Part shown: one piece after another, positions 50,073 through 62,448 of the stretch | Layout: every line of letters begins with the position of its first letter | Position numbering within the stretch: position 1 is the first letter of the stretch | Origin: Phoronis australis | Taxonomy: Eukaryota > Animalia > Phoronida | Assembly (NCBI GenBank): GCA_002633005.1 | Contig: NMRA01000239.1 | Span: 124,497-188,496 of the forward strand | Direction: 5' to 3' | DNA length: 64,000 nt | The notes under the pieces: model-generated | The model's database searches: none | What the model was told of the DNA's origin: nothing | What the model saw: the letters and a program-made list of their open reading frames with translations, nothing else | Made by a program: the position numbers and the translations under genes

Positions 50073-51284
50073 CAGACTGGAGACGGGCAGAATGAAACCA
50101 AACAGTGAAATCAGGGTCGCATTCTAAAGGCCCAAGAAAAGCGAGAATGACCACATGCTTTGTTCGCAGTGCACGGACTATGTACTGCCAGGACTGTATT
50201 TTCGCAAGTTTCTTTTGTCCATTTTAGCTGGCGAAAGCCTGAGGCATTCGAGTTTTCTAATCGTCATCAGTCAAAAAGGTACAGCTCCGTCATAAGTGTC
50301 CAATTTAAACACCCATATCAAACACAAATCTGTTTGCACCTAATTCGCTATGAATGCAAAAAACTCCCTTCGATAACCATATAGTGAAACCTAGCTATAC
50401 AGTAAGGAGGATGCTCCCAATTATGTAGAGATTTGCAAACTGATTCACATGCAGTAAAATTGTTCATGAAGTTCTCGAACTTACTGGAGGAAGTAACCTA
50501 ACATGGGTGGCGCACCATAGAGCGTTTGGGGGCCATAGCCCCTCCACTTTTTTCAGTGCTACGCCGCCAATGCCGAAGCCATAACCTTCCATAAAGAATT
50601 GTCATTTCCCGAGTTATATCTAATTACAACCTATGGTACATGAGAGAAGTTTCATTGTGATTATAAATATAATATTAGGTGAACACTAAAATCAGTGTCT
50701 CAAAATCGTTCATGGTTTGTTCCATTTTTTGGAATTTGGGGGTGTCATATTTTTCTTTGACAGGGATGGCTGAAGTTGGGTAGCTCTAAACTTCTGAGCT
50801 AAAGTGTCATATCTCTGTACATGAAAAAGCAGTCCACTGCTGACAATAAGAACAGAAGACTCGGACGTGCAGATTGTCCAAACCTGCAAGTGCAAACAAA
50901 GCCAACGAACTGAGGTCGCAATAATTTTCACTCAGATTTTGTCATGAGCTGGGAAATGTTTGTAAGAATAGCTGTAAGTCGGATTTTTTAGCAGTGGCTG
51001 AAGCTGTTTAGCGTTCATTCAAAGTTTAGTTCACCCAAATAACCTTCATTACAACCTCAACTGGCTACCAGTACTTTTGCTTTCAGTGAACCCATCTTCC
51101 ACTTCGTCCTTCACCTTGGATGACCTCCAGCTGACGTTAATAACTAAGAGCTAGTATAACCAATTTAAAAAATAATATTGTTTGAGAAGCGTAAAAAAGT
51201 AAAAATATATACATTTAAAGTCTGTTTAATCATATCATTGAACAAAATGAGATTTTTTGTTTTGCTGGAGTTTTACGACAGTAG

Positions 51285-51313
51285 GTCACGTGATTTTAGC
51301 GCGGCGATTTAAA
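51285..51313 (+). promoter_or_regulatory. Putative ERCC6L core promoter: E-box plus E2F/CDE-CHR-like element
   Basis: GTCACGTGA-TTTTAGCGCG-GCGA-TTTAAA; candidate non-coding first exon donors at 51391 and 51412. Confidence 0.55.
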
Positions 51314-52573
51314 ATTTATGTGTGTGTGCAATAATTTGTGGGTTGGTAAACATTCGTTAATTTTGTGGTAATCGTGTCGATTGTATATAGGTAAACGTTC
51401 AGTCTCATTTAGTAAGTGTTAAACAGGCAGTCGAGGCTTCTGCTAGTTGAATATTATGGTGCAGCTGGGATGCCCTTGACGGGATGGATTAATCATTAAT
51501 GACAACGTTTTTGTAAATAATACACCACCCACGCCACGGCACCACCGCCCTCAATCTTGTTGGTAAACGGGCAAACCAATCCTTGATTTGAGAAGCTGAG
51601 TATTAGCTACTAGGATGCAGTGTGTTTATGGCCCTCCATACACCGAAAGCGTATATGGCATCCATATGCCTCTGGAATGGCAGGTCCCAGTCGTTCATCC
51701 AAGGGGAAAGGTGCCTGTAATCTTCGGAGAGGGGAATATTTTGGGAAGAGGGAAAATTCTACCACCCGATCACCATCAATAGCACCCCCACCTTTTTTCA
51801 AGCCCTCATAGGCTCTACAGCAAGTAGTGAAATGTTTTGCACTCTTTCTAAATGTCACCTGTGTGAGTTACAAGTGATTCGAACCTCGAAGGGAACTTTT
51901 CCATCACTTGAGCTAGAATTTTCAGGCATCATGAGAGGGATTTCACATGATTTTTGAAGGGGAGTAGGGCCGATATTTTGCCTCAAAATTGAGGTATTGA
52001 GAGCCCTTTATGGTCACCGTCTCTATATATCTCTCTCTATACAGTAAAAGCATATATGGCTGCCCTATGCCTGTGGGATGACCACCGTCTTTACTGCCAA
52101 GTTGAGATGGTGGTACTGACTAACGTATCTTAAAACTATGATTATCAGTTAATTTTTTCATTAGTAACTTTAACATGCAGGTGGATTTAGGGGGCCCACC
52201 ACTCTCCTCTGCGCACGACCAAAAAGGCAATCCGGGCAAAACCAGAAAAATCCTGCCGACATCCCATTTTTGGTACGTCACAAACACAAGTGTGGTTGTC
52301 CCCTCCCCCACTTGCTACATCCTAGATCTGCTTGTGCCTAATAGTAGTACTGCAAGTAGAGGCATATCAATTTGATTTTGATTCATCACACGGGAAAAGG
52401 TGGATCGAATAAATTGCAGATCACAAAAAATTCACATTTACTTTGTGTAATGGAGGAAGAAATCTGAACAGAAACGTTGTTAAAGTAAATGCACTGTAGG
52501 TGTCTCTGTCAGTTGTGTTTTGAGTTGTATCCAAACTTATTCTTCCAGTGAGTTGAAATTTAAGAAGGTGATC

Positions 52574-52604
52574 ATGAATTCTGTGGAGAGACTTTCTCAA
52601 CCTC
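52574..52604 (+). CDS. ERCC6L: ERCC6L probable first coding exon
   Basis: Acceptor ttccag| at 52548; ATG...[11 protein letters not shown]|gtaagt; phase 1 matches the next exon. Confidence 0.6.
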
Positions 52605-55600
52605 GTAAGTATGGTGCAAGTCATGAAAATTACAACCAGTTGTTATTCAAGTTTTCCAGTTGTTGGAACGCTGTAGTATATTTTAGAAGTGAACTTCTGA
52701 AAAACATACTTTTTATTAAGCCCATTCACATGACTGTAAAGCCGCTATTTCAACTCTTAAAGCTGCATTTTGTCCCGCTAAAAATGGAAACCAAATTAGG
52801 CTTTTTACTCTTATGAAATCTGTCTTTTCTTCTGTTACCAAGAAGAATATATCGTACAAACCCTCAACAGGTAAAAAAACCTCGTTGGAAGTCATGGATT
52901 TTATTAGGGGTTCTCAACCCTGAAATTCTAAAACGGGGGCTTCAATTCCTAGATACAATCAACACAAGAGGAGAATTCATCATATTTTTAGGTCGCTAAA
53001 AAGTCAAATGTGTTAACAGCGTACTATTGCCAGAGTTTCTGTTTCAGTCCAACAAATCTCCCTGAACACCCAATCGTTTGGGAAGGTTGGACATTCTAAA
53101 GATGTACAGCTGCGCTTCAATAAGCTTGTCACCAAGGGCAAAGAGCTGGCAGGTCAGGGTTATGTCAGGAAGGCGCTAGAGTACAACAAGAAGGCAATTG
53201 CTCTCGTCTATAATGAAAAATTGGCCAAGAGAATTAAAAAGATGGAGGTGATACATTTTCTTTAAAAAATGTGATGTAATTTCAAAATGTTTGTTTCGAG
53301 TTCCATGTCATTTATCTGTCATATCGGTTATGTGAATGTATGGCAATGCAGCATTTTAAGATAGAAAAGTGTGTGGGTATTTTCTTGTTCATTTGATGCA
53401 AAGTTTGTTATACATTGTCACATAATCTTAAAACTCATTTCATTTCATATTTAATGTGTTCATTTTTTGCTTCAGGGCATGTGTATGTTGTCTCTGCCAC
53501 TCTTTCACACACAAAATATTTACTACTGAGTGACTACATCCCCTATGTAAACTTCAATTTTATATTCCACAAAGCATGTGTCAAGAATGTCTAGCGGTAG
53601 GCACAACTTAGCAGACTTGAACTTTCATGGCTATAACTTGTACAAGTATTTAGACTTACTTTTCCACGCTTTGCCTTTCATTCAAACTCGTCTCTCTGAC
53701 TCCGATAGCTTTTCCTGCAAGAGAACGAGAAAACTAATGGGGATGATGAAGATGACAGTGATGGTGACATGTATCACCTGGGTGAGGGGTTCTACCTGTA
53801 CAAGGATCTGTTCAACAAGCTGTATCCGCACCAGAAGCAAGGCGTGCTATGGTTCTGGGGCCTCTACCTCAAGAAGAAGGGTGGAATACTGGGGGATGAC
53901 ATGGGGTAAGTTGACAGGATGTGAGAAGGTTAACAAGCTGTACCCCTGCCAGAGTCAGGTCATGCAATCTGTTGTAGGCTTATACAGGAAGAAGGGTGGT
54001 GTACATGTGTAGTGAATATGGAGATGGCAAGGGGATTGGAATCAACAAACAATTGTAGGGCATGTCTGGGATTTTATCTAAAGAAAAATGGGAAAATTGG
54101 AAGGGGATTCAGGTATATTGGGGGTCAACATACAGCTGCGCCAACATAAACATGGCGTACTATTATTGCGTGGCCATTACGGTAAAATCTCCAGTTTTGG
54201 ACAAAATGATGGCAAAAATCACATTTTATTCACTTTTCAAAGTTGTGAACTCTCACATTTTTCAAAATAATATTGGTGGTAGCTATGGTGCAGACCTTGA
54301 ACAGAGCAAAGCATTGTATTTGATGCTACTTATCTTTTATGAAAAAATGAGAAAATAAGATTTCACTTGTCCGTCATATTGCGTCCTGATTGGTGAGATT
54401 TTGGCGTACCGTAGCTCTAGCGTTTTCACATTGGCACAACATTTCGTCGGTCATTTCCTTGGCCATCTTCAGGTGTTATAGCTTTCTTAGGAGAAGGAGC
54501 ATGGGTATCTGACACACACATCATGGACACTTGGATTGAATAGATGACTGTCTGGTCTAGGGATTAGAGTGCTGGGATGATGACTGAAAGGTCCCAGGTT
54601 CAAACCCCTCCGCTAGAAAAAATACATGAAAATACAACCTAAGTGCCTTCCATGAGTATAGGCCTACGCGTGCTCATTTTTCTAAGTATGCAGTAACACC
54701 TGAAGATGGTTGGGAGAGGTGACTGACTGAAATGTCATATCATTAAGTAAAGCAGAAGCTGCTGAAAGCAGAGACCTGTTCGAAGAAAACTGACTTAGCT
54801 AACTTAAAGACAAATCTTGAATTTCTGTCAATTTTAAGACAAAACTTACTAGATTCATCTTAGGTCCATTTCAAGAAAGAGAACTTATTCAGTTTGGTTT
54901 AGGTTTTGTCTTGATTTTGACTAGCTTACCGNATGGAGGTGATACATTTTCTTTAAAAAATGTGATGTAAATTTTAAAATGTTTGTTTCGAGTTCCCTGT
55001 CATTTATCTGTCATATCGGTTATGTGAATGTATGGCAATGCAGCATTTTAAGATAGAAAAGTGTGTGGGTAGTTTCTTGTTCATTTGATGCAAAGTTTGT
55101 TATACATTGTCACATAATCTTAAAACTCATTTCATTTGATATTTAATGTGTTCATTTTTGCTTCAGGGCATGTGCATGTTGTCTCTGCCACTCTTTCACA
55201 CATGAAATATTTATTACTGAGTGACTACACCCCCTATGTAAACTTCAATTTTATATTCCACAAAGCATGTGTCAAGAATGTTCAGGGGTAGGCACAACTT
55301 AGCAGACTTGAACTTTTATGGCTATAACTTGTACAAGTATTTAGACTTACTTTTCCACACTTTGCCTTTCATTCAAACTAGTCTCTCTGACTCCGATAGC
55401 TTTTCCTGCAAGAGAACGAGAAAACTAATGGGGATGATGAAGATGACAGTGACGGTGACATGTATCACCTGGGCGAGGGGTTCTACCTGTACAAGGATCT
55501 GTTCAACAAGCTGTATCCGCACCAGAAGCAAGGCGTGCTATGGTTCTGGGGCCTCTACCTCAAGAAGAAGGGTGGAATACTGGGGGATGACATGGGGTAA

Positions 55601-58600
55601 GTTGACAGGATCTGAGAAGGTTAACAAGCTGTACCCCTGCCAGAGTTAGGTCATGCAATCTGCTGTAGGCTGTACAGGAAGAAGGGTGGTGTACAGGTGT
55701 AGTGAATATGGAGATGGCAAGGGGATTGGAATCAACAAACAATTGTAGGGCATGTCTAAAGAAAAATGGGAAAATTGGAAGGGGATTCAGGTATATTGGG
55801 GGTCAACATACAGCTGCGCCACCAGAAACATGGCGTACTATTATTGCGTGGCCACTATGGTAAAATCTCCAGTTTTGGACAAAATGATGGCAAAAATCAC
55901 ATTTTATTCACTTTTCAAAGTCTAACATTGTTGTGAACTCTCACATTTTCAAAATAATATTGGTGATAGCTATGGTGCAGACCTTGAACATAGCAAAGCA
56001 TTGTATTTGATGCTACTTATCTTTTATGAAAAAATGAGAAAATAAAATTTCACTTGTCCGTCATATTGCATCCTGATTGGTGAGATTTTGGCGTACCGTA
56101 GGTGTGATGCATGCTCTAGCGTTTTTACATTGGCACAACATTTCGTCGGTCATTTCCTTGGCCATCTTCAGGTGTTATAGCTTTCTTAGGAGAAGGAGCA
56201 CGGGTATCTGACACACACATCATGGACACTTGGATTGAATGGATGACTGTCTGGTCTAGGGATTAGAGTGCTGGGATGATGACTGAAAGGTCCCAGGTTC
56301 AAACCCCTCCGCTAGAAAAAATACATGAAAATACAACCTAAGTGCCTTCCATGAGTATAGGCCTACGCATGCTCATTTTTCTAAGTATGCGGTAACACCT
56401 GAAGATGCTTGGGAGAGGTGACTGACTGAAATGTCATATCATTAAGTAAAGCAGAAGCTGCTGAAAGCAGAGACCTGTTCGAAGAAAACTGACTTAGCTA
56501 ACTTAAAGACAAATCTTGAATTTCTGTCAATTTTAAGACAAAACTTACTAGATTCATCTTAGGTCCATTTCAAGAAAGAGAACTTATTCAGTTTGGTTTA
56601 GGTTTTGTCTTGATTTTGACTAGCTTACCGAATGTGGAAGTTGAGACTTAAGTCAAAAATGAACTTAAATCAGTTTCTTGGAACGGGTCCCAGACCAATA
56701 GATTTTAGAAATGATGTCATGTATTAGTAGTTTCAAGATTTAGTGTTGCTATAGATATACCAGTGTGATGTCCATAAAATAATATGATGCTATCTATGTT
56801 TTGTTTCAGTCTGGGCAAGACCATTCAAGTGATCTCATTCCTGTCTGGCATGTTTGATGCAGAGAAGGTCCATTCGGTTCTCATTGTCATGCCTGTATCG
56901 TTGATCATGAACTGGGAGAGGGAGTTTGAAGTTTGGTGAGGCCAACTGTCAAACTGCAGTACTACTATTCACTACGCCAGTGATCTGGCTGAGAAGTTGT
57001 AGCAGTATTAAACTAACTGGTGCATTCACAAAGACTGAACATTTGAGACTTAGGCGTCGGAAGAAAAATTCGAATTTATGATGGCGCAGATAAACATACA
57101 GTCACCTCTTATGATCGTTGTTTGTGTGCAGTCAAATGTATTTTCCTTGCAATGTTTCGTTCTTTGTAACAGCAAAGTGTAGTATTCACATTCACGTGCT
57201 TACAATGTTAGCAATGGCCCTACATATGACCCCTGGTACGCTCATGGCAAGTAAAAGCAGTCTTGTCCCTCAAGATTCCCCACTGCCCCTATCTTTGGCC
57301 ATTTTCATGTGGTACAAAATCATCCACCCCTCAAGACTCTAAAGACTCCTACAAACTGCCATTTTAAATTGAGAAACAGTTTTCTCCACTGAATAACAGG
57401 CATCAAGCTGATTCTTAAAATTGCTCAATGGTCTGCACAAACTGTCTTAATTTGATTGTGATGATAGTTTGAGCGATTGCGACAGTTTGCGGACTTACAT
57501 GGCCATTTTGTTATTTAGGGCGCCAGGAATCCGTGTTTCTTCTTACCATGGTAACAGTAAGAAAGAGAGGGAGCGATGTCTTTCCAAGGTTCAGCGCCGC
57601 GGCGGTGTGTGTCTGACGTCCTATGGCATGGTGGTATCTAGTTGGGAACTCCTCAGTCAACAGGATGGAAGACATTTTATATGGGTGGGTCAGGCTCTGC
57701 GCGACGTTTTATCTTCATTCAATAATTGACATTAATTTCACTGTGAAGACAATTGTTTTGGTAACTTTCAAACACAATGTTGTAAATATTTCAAAAACGT
57801 GCTCGTGTGAGGAAACACTCGTCATAATGGATAAGCACTATCCTAATAGTGTAAATCTGTCTTATAATAAAGGCTCTGCAGTGATGTAATCAGGTGAGTC
57901 AACCATTAGCTGATGTTGAAGACTTAGCCATACCACATTTTGTGGAGTCCCCAGGACCAAACATCATCTACCCTATCATGCTGCAAGAGGCCGCTACCCC
58001 AGCAATTTACAAAACCAGGGATTTTTTGCTTCAGTTAGTTTCATCTGTTTGGTTTGCAGGACTATGTAATCTTAGACGAGGGCCACAAGATCAAGAACCC
58101 AACCAAGACATCAAAAGGTGTTCATGCCATCACAGCACAAAACCGAGTCATACTGACAGGGACACCTATACAGAACAACCTAAGGGTATATATTTTTATG
58201 TTTGAAATATGTCCTGAAAATAATAGGTGCGTCGCAAGCTCCGTTTCCAGAGATACAAAGGAGACCGTGTATAGGCGATATAAGGTCATTTATTATGACT
58301 GATAAGGTACAGAAATATGAGTGTACAAATAACATAAAGATAAAATAATAATCTCTGGAAAGATGGGCAATAAAAAGCGCCAGCACTCAGGTAAGAGGAA
58401 CAGATTTTACTTAAAAGGATACTACACCTTGTTTTGATGATTTCAACCAATCCTCGTCACCTCATGCATCATTGGTGCCCATCTTCAAAGATGAAAGCAT
58501 GAATCGACTAAAAACTTGTACCCCCTATTTCACAAATTGGACATTATGGTCTTTGGTGAGTGATCTTTTCCCTGGAGTTGCCATGTAATTCACTAAAAGC

Positions 58601-61600
58601 AAAAGGTCACGCTTGCCTGCTGAGTAGACTTTGAAAGACGTTTTCAAATTTTCCTCCAAACTTTTTATAGTTACAGAGCATTATTTTGTTTTAGAGAAAT
58701 AGACGACAGTAAAGTCGATTTTAGTGTCTGTTAATAGGCCAAAATAGGGTTTGGTATTCTTTTAATATGCGCAATAAGCTGGTCATTAAATGTCGTATCA
58801 TTTCCAAATTTTGATCAAATATATCATAAAAAGTTCTGACAGCGTTTATGACTATCTTTCACATATAACCATGCCTTGGCATAGCTGACAACACCTTGGA
58901 CATAGCTGAACTTACGGTGGCATAACTGAATATACCGTGGCATAGCTTAACTGAGCATAAAATTGTTGGTAAAACAGGCTTGTGGTTATCATGTAATTCA
59001 TTTCAAAGTAGTATCGGAAACATTTTTATGACTCACTTATACATGCATATTGTTGTCATCTCTGTCCAGGCAAGCTTTTACAGGATTTCAATGAGATTTG
59101 GCAGATGAGTTACTTGTTTTTTATCTAGCTATGAATTAAGATTACGTTTTTACTAAATGCTACCATGTCTCAAAATTGCATAGTAACGGTGCATATTATT
59201 AAGTAAATAATAAAATTTTCTTGTATTTCATTTTTCAGGAGTTGTGGGCCCTGTTTGACTTTGTCCACCAAGGCATGCTGCTAGGCACGTCACGAACATT
59301 TAAGATGGAGTATGAAAACCCAATTACACGGGTAAGATCTTGTGTTCTTCATTTACAAGATTTGTATTATTTAGTTATAATAATTTAGGAAAAAGAATAA
59401 CAAAAGTCAGCCAAACTTTGTCAGACAAAATGACATATTATTCACGTGACGACTGCTTTAGTGGAATTCCTCGTCATGACAGTTGAGTGCAAGCGTAATT
59501 TAGCGGCATTATTAGCTGTCTGCGATGACACGGAACGGCGGGAAATTTGCCTGAATGTCAATAAAGTTGAGAGACTTTTTACTGTTACACGAGTCAGAAT
59601 AGATCATCATGACATGAGAACTACGTTTTGTCTTTTTTCTTTTTGTTTGTGCTGTATTTTTATTCCAACTGTGAAGTCCTTGATTATTTGTTTCATCTTT
59701 TTATTGTTTATGAAAGCTGAAATGTTAATGAAGAGAAAAACCAATGTATTTCACAGGTGGCGCTTATAGTCAGTGGACCTGCTTCTGGCAATTTCTGAAA
59801 ACAGGCCTTATATTTAGAATTCTTTTCGAGTATTGAACTATTTTGAAAACTTCTGTGCCATATAGGATTTCGCAGAATGAATAGTGTCAAATAAAAATAA
59901 TGCTTTATGAGAATTACAGGACTATAGCTTATTTCAACACTTTTTTGACGTATCTGCAAAATGGACTTAACAGGTGAGGCCATTGTCACACTCAACTGTC
60001 TTCACACATTGGTGCTTATTCAACGTCGCTGGCACATATTCTGCTTATAGGCCACATGTTTCTTAAAGTATACTGGGACTTATATGTACAGTTCTAGAAA
60101 AGTAAAACACATGCCTTCTGACTTACTACCAGCAATTCTTGGTTGTACTGTGGAGGTTCTAACAATTTCAATTAGACTGGTACTAAACCTTGTTTTGGTA
60201 TTACTTCTGTCACCCGCTGATGGTATTTCGTCTGAGTTATAAAGGCATTATTTAACTAAGACACTTGTTCACTGTGTCATAAAGGAGACCCTGTGCTTCT
60301 CTGTTGTTGGTCTTTCAATTGTTGCATAACTTGCCTAATGAATTAGTTACACTTGCGTATTTAAGGATTTTTCAAAATTGCTCCAACTGAGCATTTTTGT
60401 CTTAAGGTCTCAGTGAACACGCGGTAATTAATCTGTGAAAATGCTAAAACCAGGTTTAGCATCAAAGTTCTCATGTTAGTGTATGGTCTCTTTGAGAGTA
60501 TGACATACGATAGACATAAAAAGTAATATACTACGCTTTTAAGGCTCGTGAACGAGACTCCACTGTGGGTGAGAAGCGCTTGGGGAGCGAGATTGCTGAA
60601 AGCCTCAAGCGAATCATTGCTCCATATTTCCTGCGACGGACCAAGGCTGAGGTCCAGGATAATACCGATGCTGGCCAAGAGGTGGAGCAGGGTGATGTCG
60701 AACAACCAAGAACTCCACAGTAATTGGCTTGTTGTTAAAAACTGAGAAAAATTAGCAATGAATTGAAATTTTTGTTTCTTGAACTGGTGTACTTGGGAAG
60801 GATCGAGGTAACGACCACTGGAGATTTCGACCTAGATTTTGCAATTTCGACATGGGAAATCTAGCGAGTCAACAAAAATTAAGTTGATCTAAAATCAAAC
60901 TCAGCCAACCAGGCCTCCATTTCATGAAAGTGTTTTAGTCTTAACTAGGTGCTAACTCGCTGACCACTGAGGGCAGCGGATGACAATCATAATGATCCCA
61001 CTGGAATTCCTGTTCGATCGCCTCTCAAATAAGAAATTCACTCAGAAATTGAATCTTACTGACAATAATCCAGATGAATCGCCCGTAGTGGTAATTTTGG
61101 GAACTGCTGTTTTACTTGGATTTCCTTGCTTTGTCCTGTAATTATGAATTTTGACCTGGAATTTTTGGAAGTTGAAATTGTTGACTGAGAATGTTGATGA
61201 ATGTTTCTCTCTGCCTGTTTGTTTGTGTACTTCTGGTGTGACAACAGTTTAGTGGTCGAGAGGTTTATTGTTTGTTTTCATTAGTGGAACATGCAGAATG
61301 TTACCCCATAATCAGTTGGGGTCCACCTGTATCCAAAAAAATCTCTCACAACTGCATATATATAATCTCAGCAACACTAATTATAACCTTGTTATATTTG
61401 TAGCATGCCAACTATGTCTCGAAAGAATGATTTCATCATTTGGGTCTACCTGTCAGAGACCCAGCAGAAGATCTACCAAGATTTTTTGTCACTTGATGAA
61501 GTGAAAGAAGTAAGTCAACCAAAGTTTGTTGTAGTTACGAGAAAGATGTGTGCAGCCATGTTCTTACTGGCAAACTATTTCTCATGTAAGAAGAATACTG

Positions 61601-62448
61601 AATAAATTTTAGTGCATAAAAGTTCCACTAAAATGATGCAGGGTTTACTGGTGAGCCATTGTTTGTTGCATATGGGCTTAGTCACGATTTCCCTGTAACA
61701 GATGTACATCAGTTTTGAATGGCTAAAACAGTTGAACTGTGTGGCAGTTAGCAGCTAAGTCTCAGTCCTTGTCGCAGCTTGCAGTGGAGTGCTGGGAATA
61801 ATTTCCTAAGCGTGAGTTCAGAAATCAATAAATGAGTTTGATACTTTCCTGTATCAGCCTACACATAAGAGTTTGTGACGTCTTCTTCAGTTGCTTATGA
61901 CCAACAAGTCTCCTCTAGTCGCTCTCAATGTACTCAAGAAGGTCTGCGATCACCCACGTCTGTTGTCCACTCATGCTTGTGCCCAGCTGGGCTTGGACGG
62001 AGAACATGGGTAGGCATGCTGTAGTTTCTTAACATCGTTGTCAACATAACTGTCTTCAACTTTGTCGTCTTAAGGCTACGTATACCCCTGTTTCACAAAA
62101 ATAACAAAAAATATTGATGGCAACTATGAAAAATCCTAATTTTAGAGACTATCCCTAATTGAATAATTTTGACTGTACACATTTGATATACAGTTTGACG
62201 TTGCCCCGTTTAATCAATCTCTTAATTGTTCCAGGATGTCTGGCACGGACATCAATGATGCAGCGGTGCACTTAGCTGCTGCCACGAGGGTAAATGAGAT
62301 ACCCGATGAGACGTTGATCCGTGAGTCTGGCAAGATGGTCTTCCTAGTAGAATTGCTGGACAACCTGAAGGCTGAGGGCCACCGCTGTTTGGTATTCTCT
62401 CAGTCACGCAAGATGCTGGACATTATTCAGAAAGTTATTGAAAACAGG
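52574..62448 (+). CDS. ERCC6L: DNA excision repair protein ERCC-6-like (PICH), SNF2-family translocase; 3'-partial (518 codons in the window)
   Basis: join(52574..52604,53048..53247,53709..53905 [or allelic 55400..55596],56810..56935,57519..57684,58060..58185,59239..59331,60544..60719,61404..61509,61891..62009,62235..62448). N-terminal TPR-like helix pair, [65 protein letters not shown]...[13 protein letters not shown]. Confidence 0.93.
53048..53247 (+). CDS. ERCC6L: ERCC6L exon (TPR-like)
   Basis: tttcag|TC QQISLN...[45 protein letters not shown]|gtgata. Confidence 0.85.
53709..53905 (+). CDS. ERCC6L: ERCC6L exon (Q motif to motif I), copy A
   Basis: gatag|LFLQENE...[31 protein letters not shown]|gtaagt. 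Confidence 0.85.
54434..54740. mobile_element. Inverted-repeat element: two hammerhead-like motifs around a tRNA-like promoter (allelic copy at ~56133-56440)
   Basis: TAACACCTGAAGATGG...GAAATGT on both strands; internal TGGTCTAGGGATTAG and GGTTCAAACCC. Confidence 0.6.
55400..55596 (+). CDS. ERCC6L: ERCC6L same exon, copy B (probably the other allele)
   Basis: Only synonymous differences seen (GAT/GAC, GGT/GGC); lies after the N at 54932. Confidence 0.7.
56468..56693. mobile_element. MITE
   Basis: Imperfect TIRs CAGAGACCTGTTCGAAGAAAACTGA / TCAGTTTCTTGGAACGGGTCCCAG. Confidence 0.6.
56810..56935 (+). CDS. ERCC6L: ERCC6L exon (Walker A)
   Basis: tttcag|[44 protein letters not shown]|gtgagg. 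Confidence 0.93.
57519..57684 (+). CDS. ERCC6L: ERCC6L exon
   Basis: tttag|[38 protein letters not shown]...FIW|gtgggt. Confidence 0.93.
58060..58185 (+). CDS. ERCC6L: ERCC6L exon (Walker B, motif III)
   Basis: ttgcag|[19 protein letters not shown]...[12 protein letters not shown]|gtatat. Confidence 0.95.
59239..59331 (+). CDS. ERCC6L: ERCC6L exon
   Basis: tttcag|[31 protein letters not shown]|gtaaga. Confidence 0.93.
60544..60719 (+). CDS. ERCC6L: ERCC6L exon, copy A
   Basis: ttttaag|[37 protein letters not shown]...PRTP CA|gtaatt. Confidence 0.88.
61404..61509 (+). CDS. ERCC6L: ERCC6L exon
   Basis: ttgtag|[36 protein letters not shown]|gtaagt. Confidence 0.92.
61891..62009 (+). CDS. ERCC6L: ERCC6L exon
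   Basis: cttcag|[41 protein letters not shown]|gtaggc. Confidence 0.92.
62235..62448 (+). CDS. ERCC6L: ERCC6L exon (helicase C domain start)
   Basis: ttccag|G MSGTD...[48 protein letters not shown]|gtatgt. Confidence 0.93.

Larger units (their letters stand above)
53242..56630. repeat. Tandem near-identical blocks 53242-54931 / 54933-56630 joined at N54932 (likely haplotype duplication artefact)
   Basis: SNPs and small indels; single N at the junction. Confidence 0.85.

Noticed and set aside
53578-54012. 144-aa ORF (and its 126-aa twin at 55269) as a separate gene
   Set aside because: Off-frame overlap of the real ERCC6L exon plus intron; only its tail is informative, as the exon echo.
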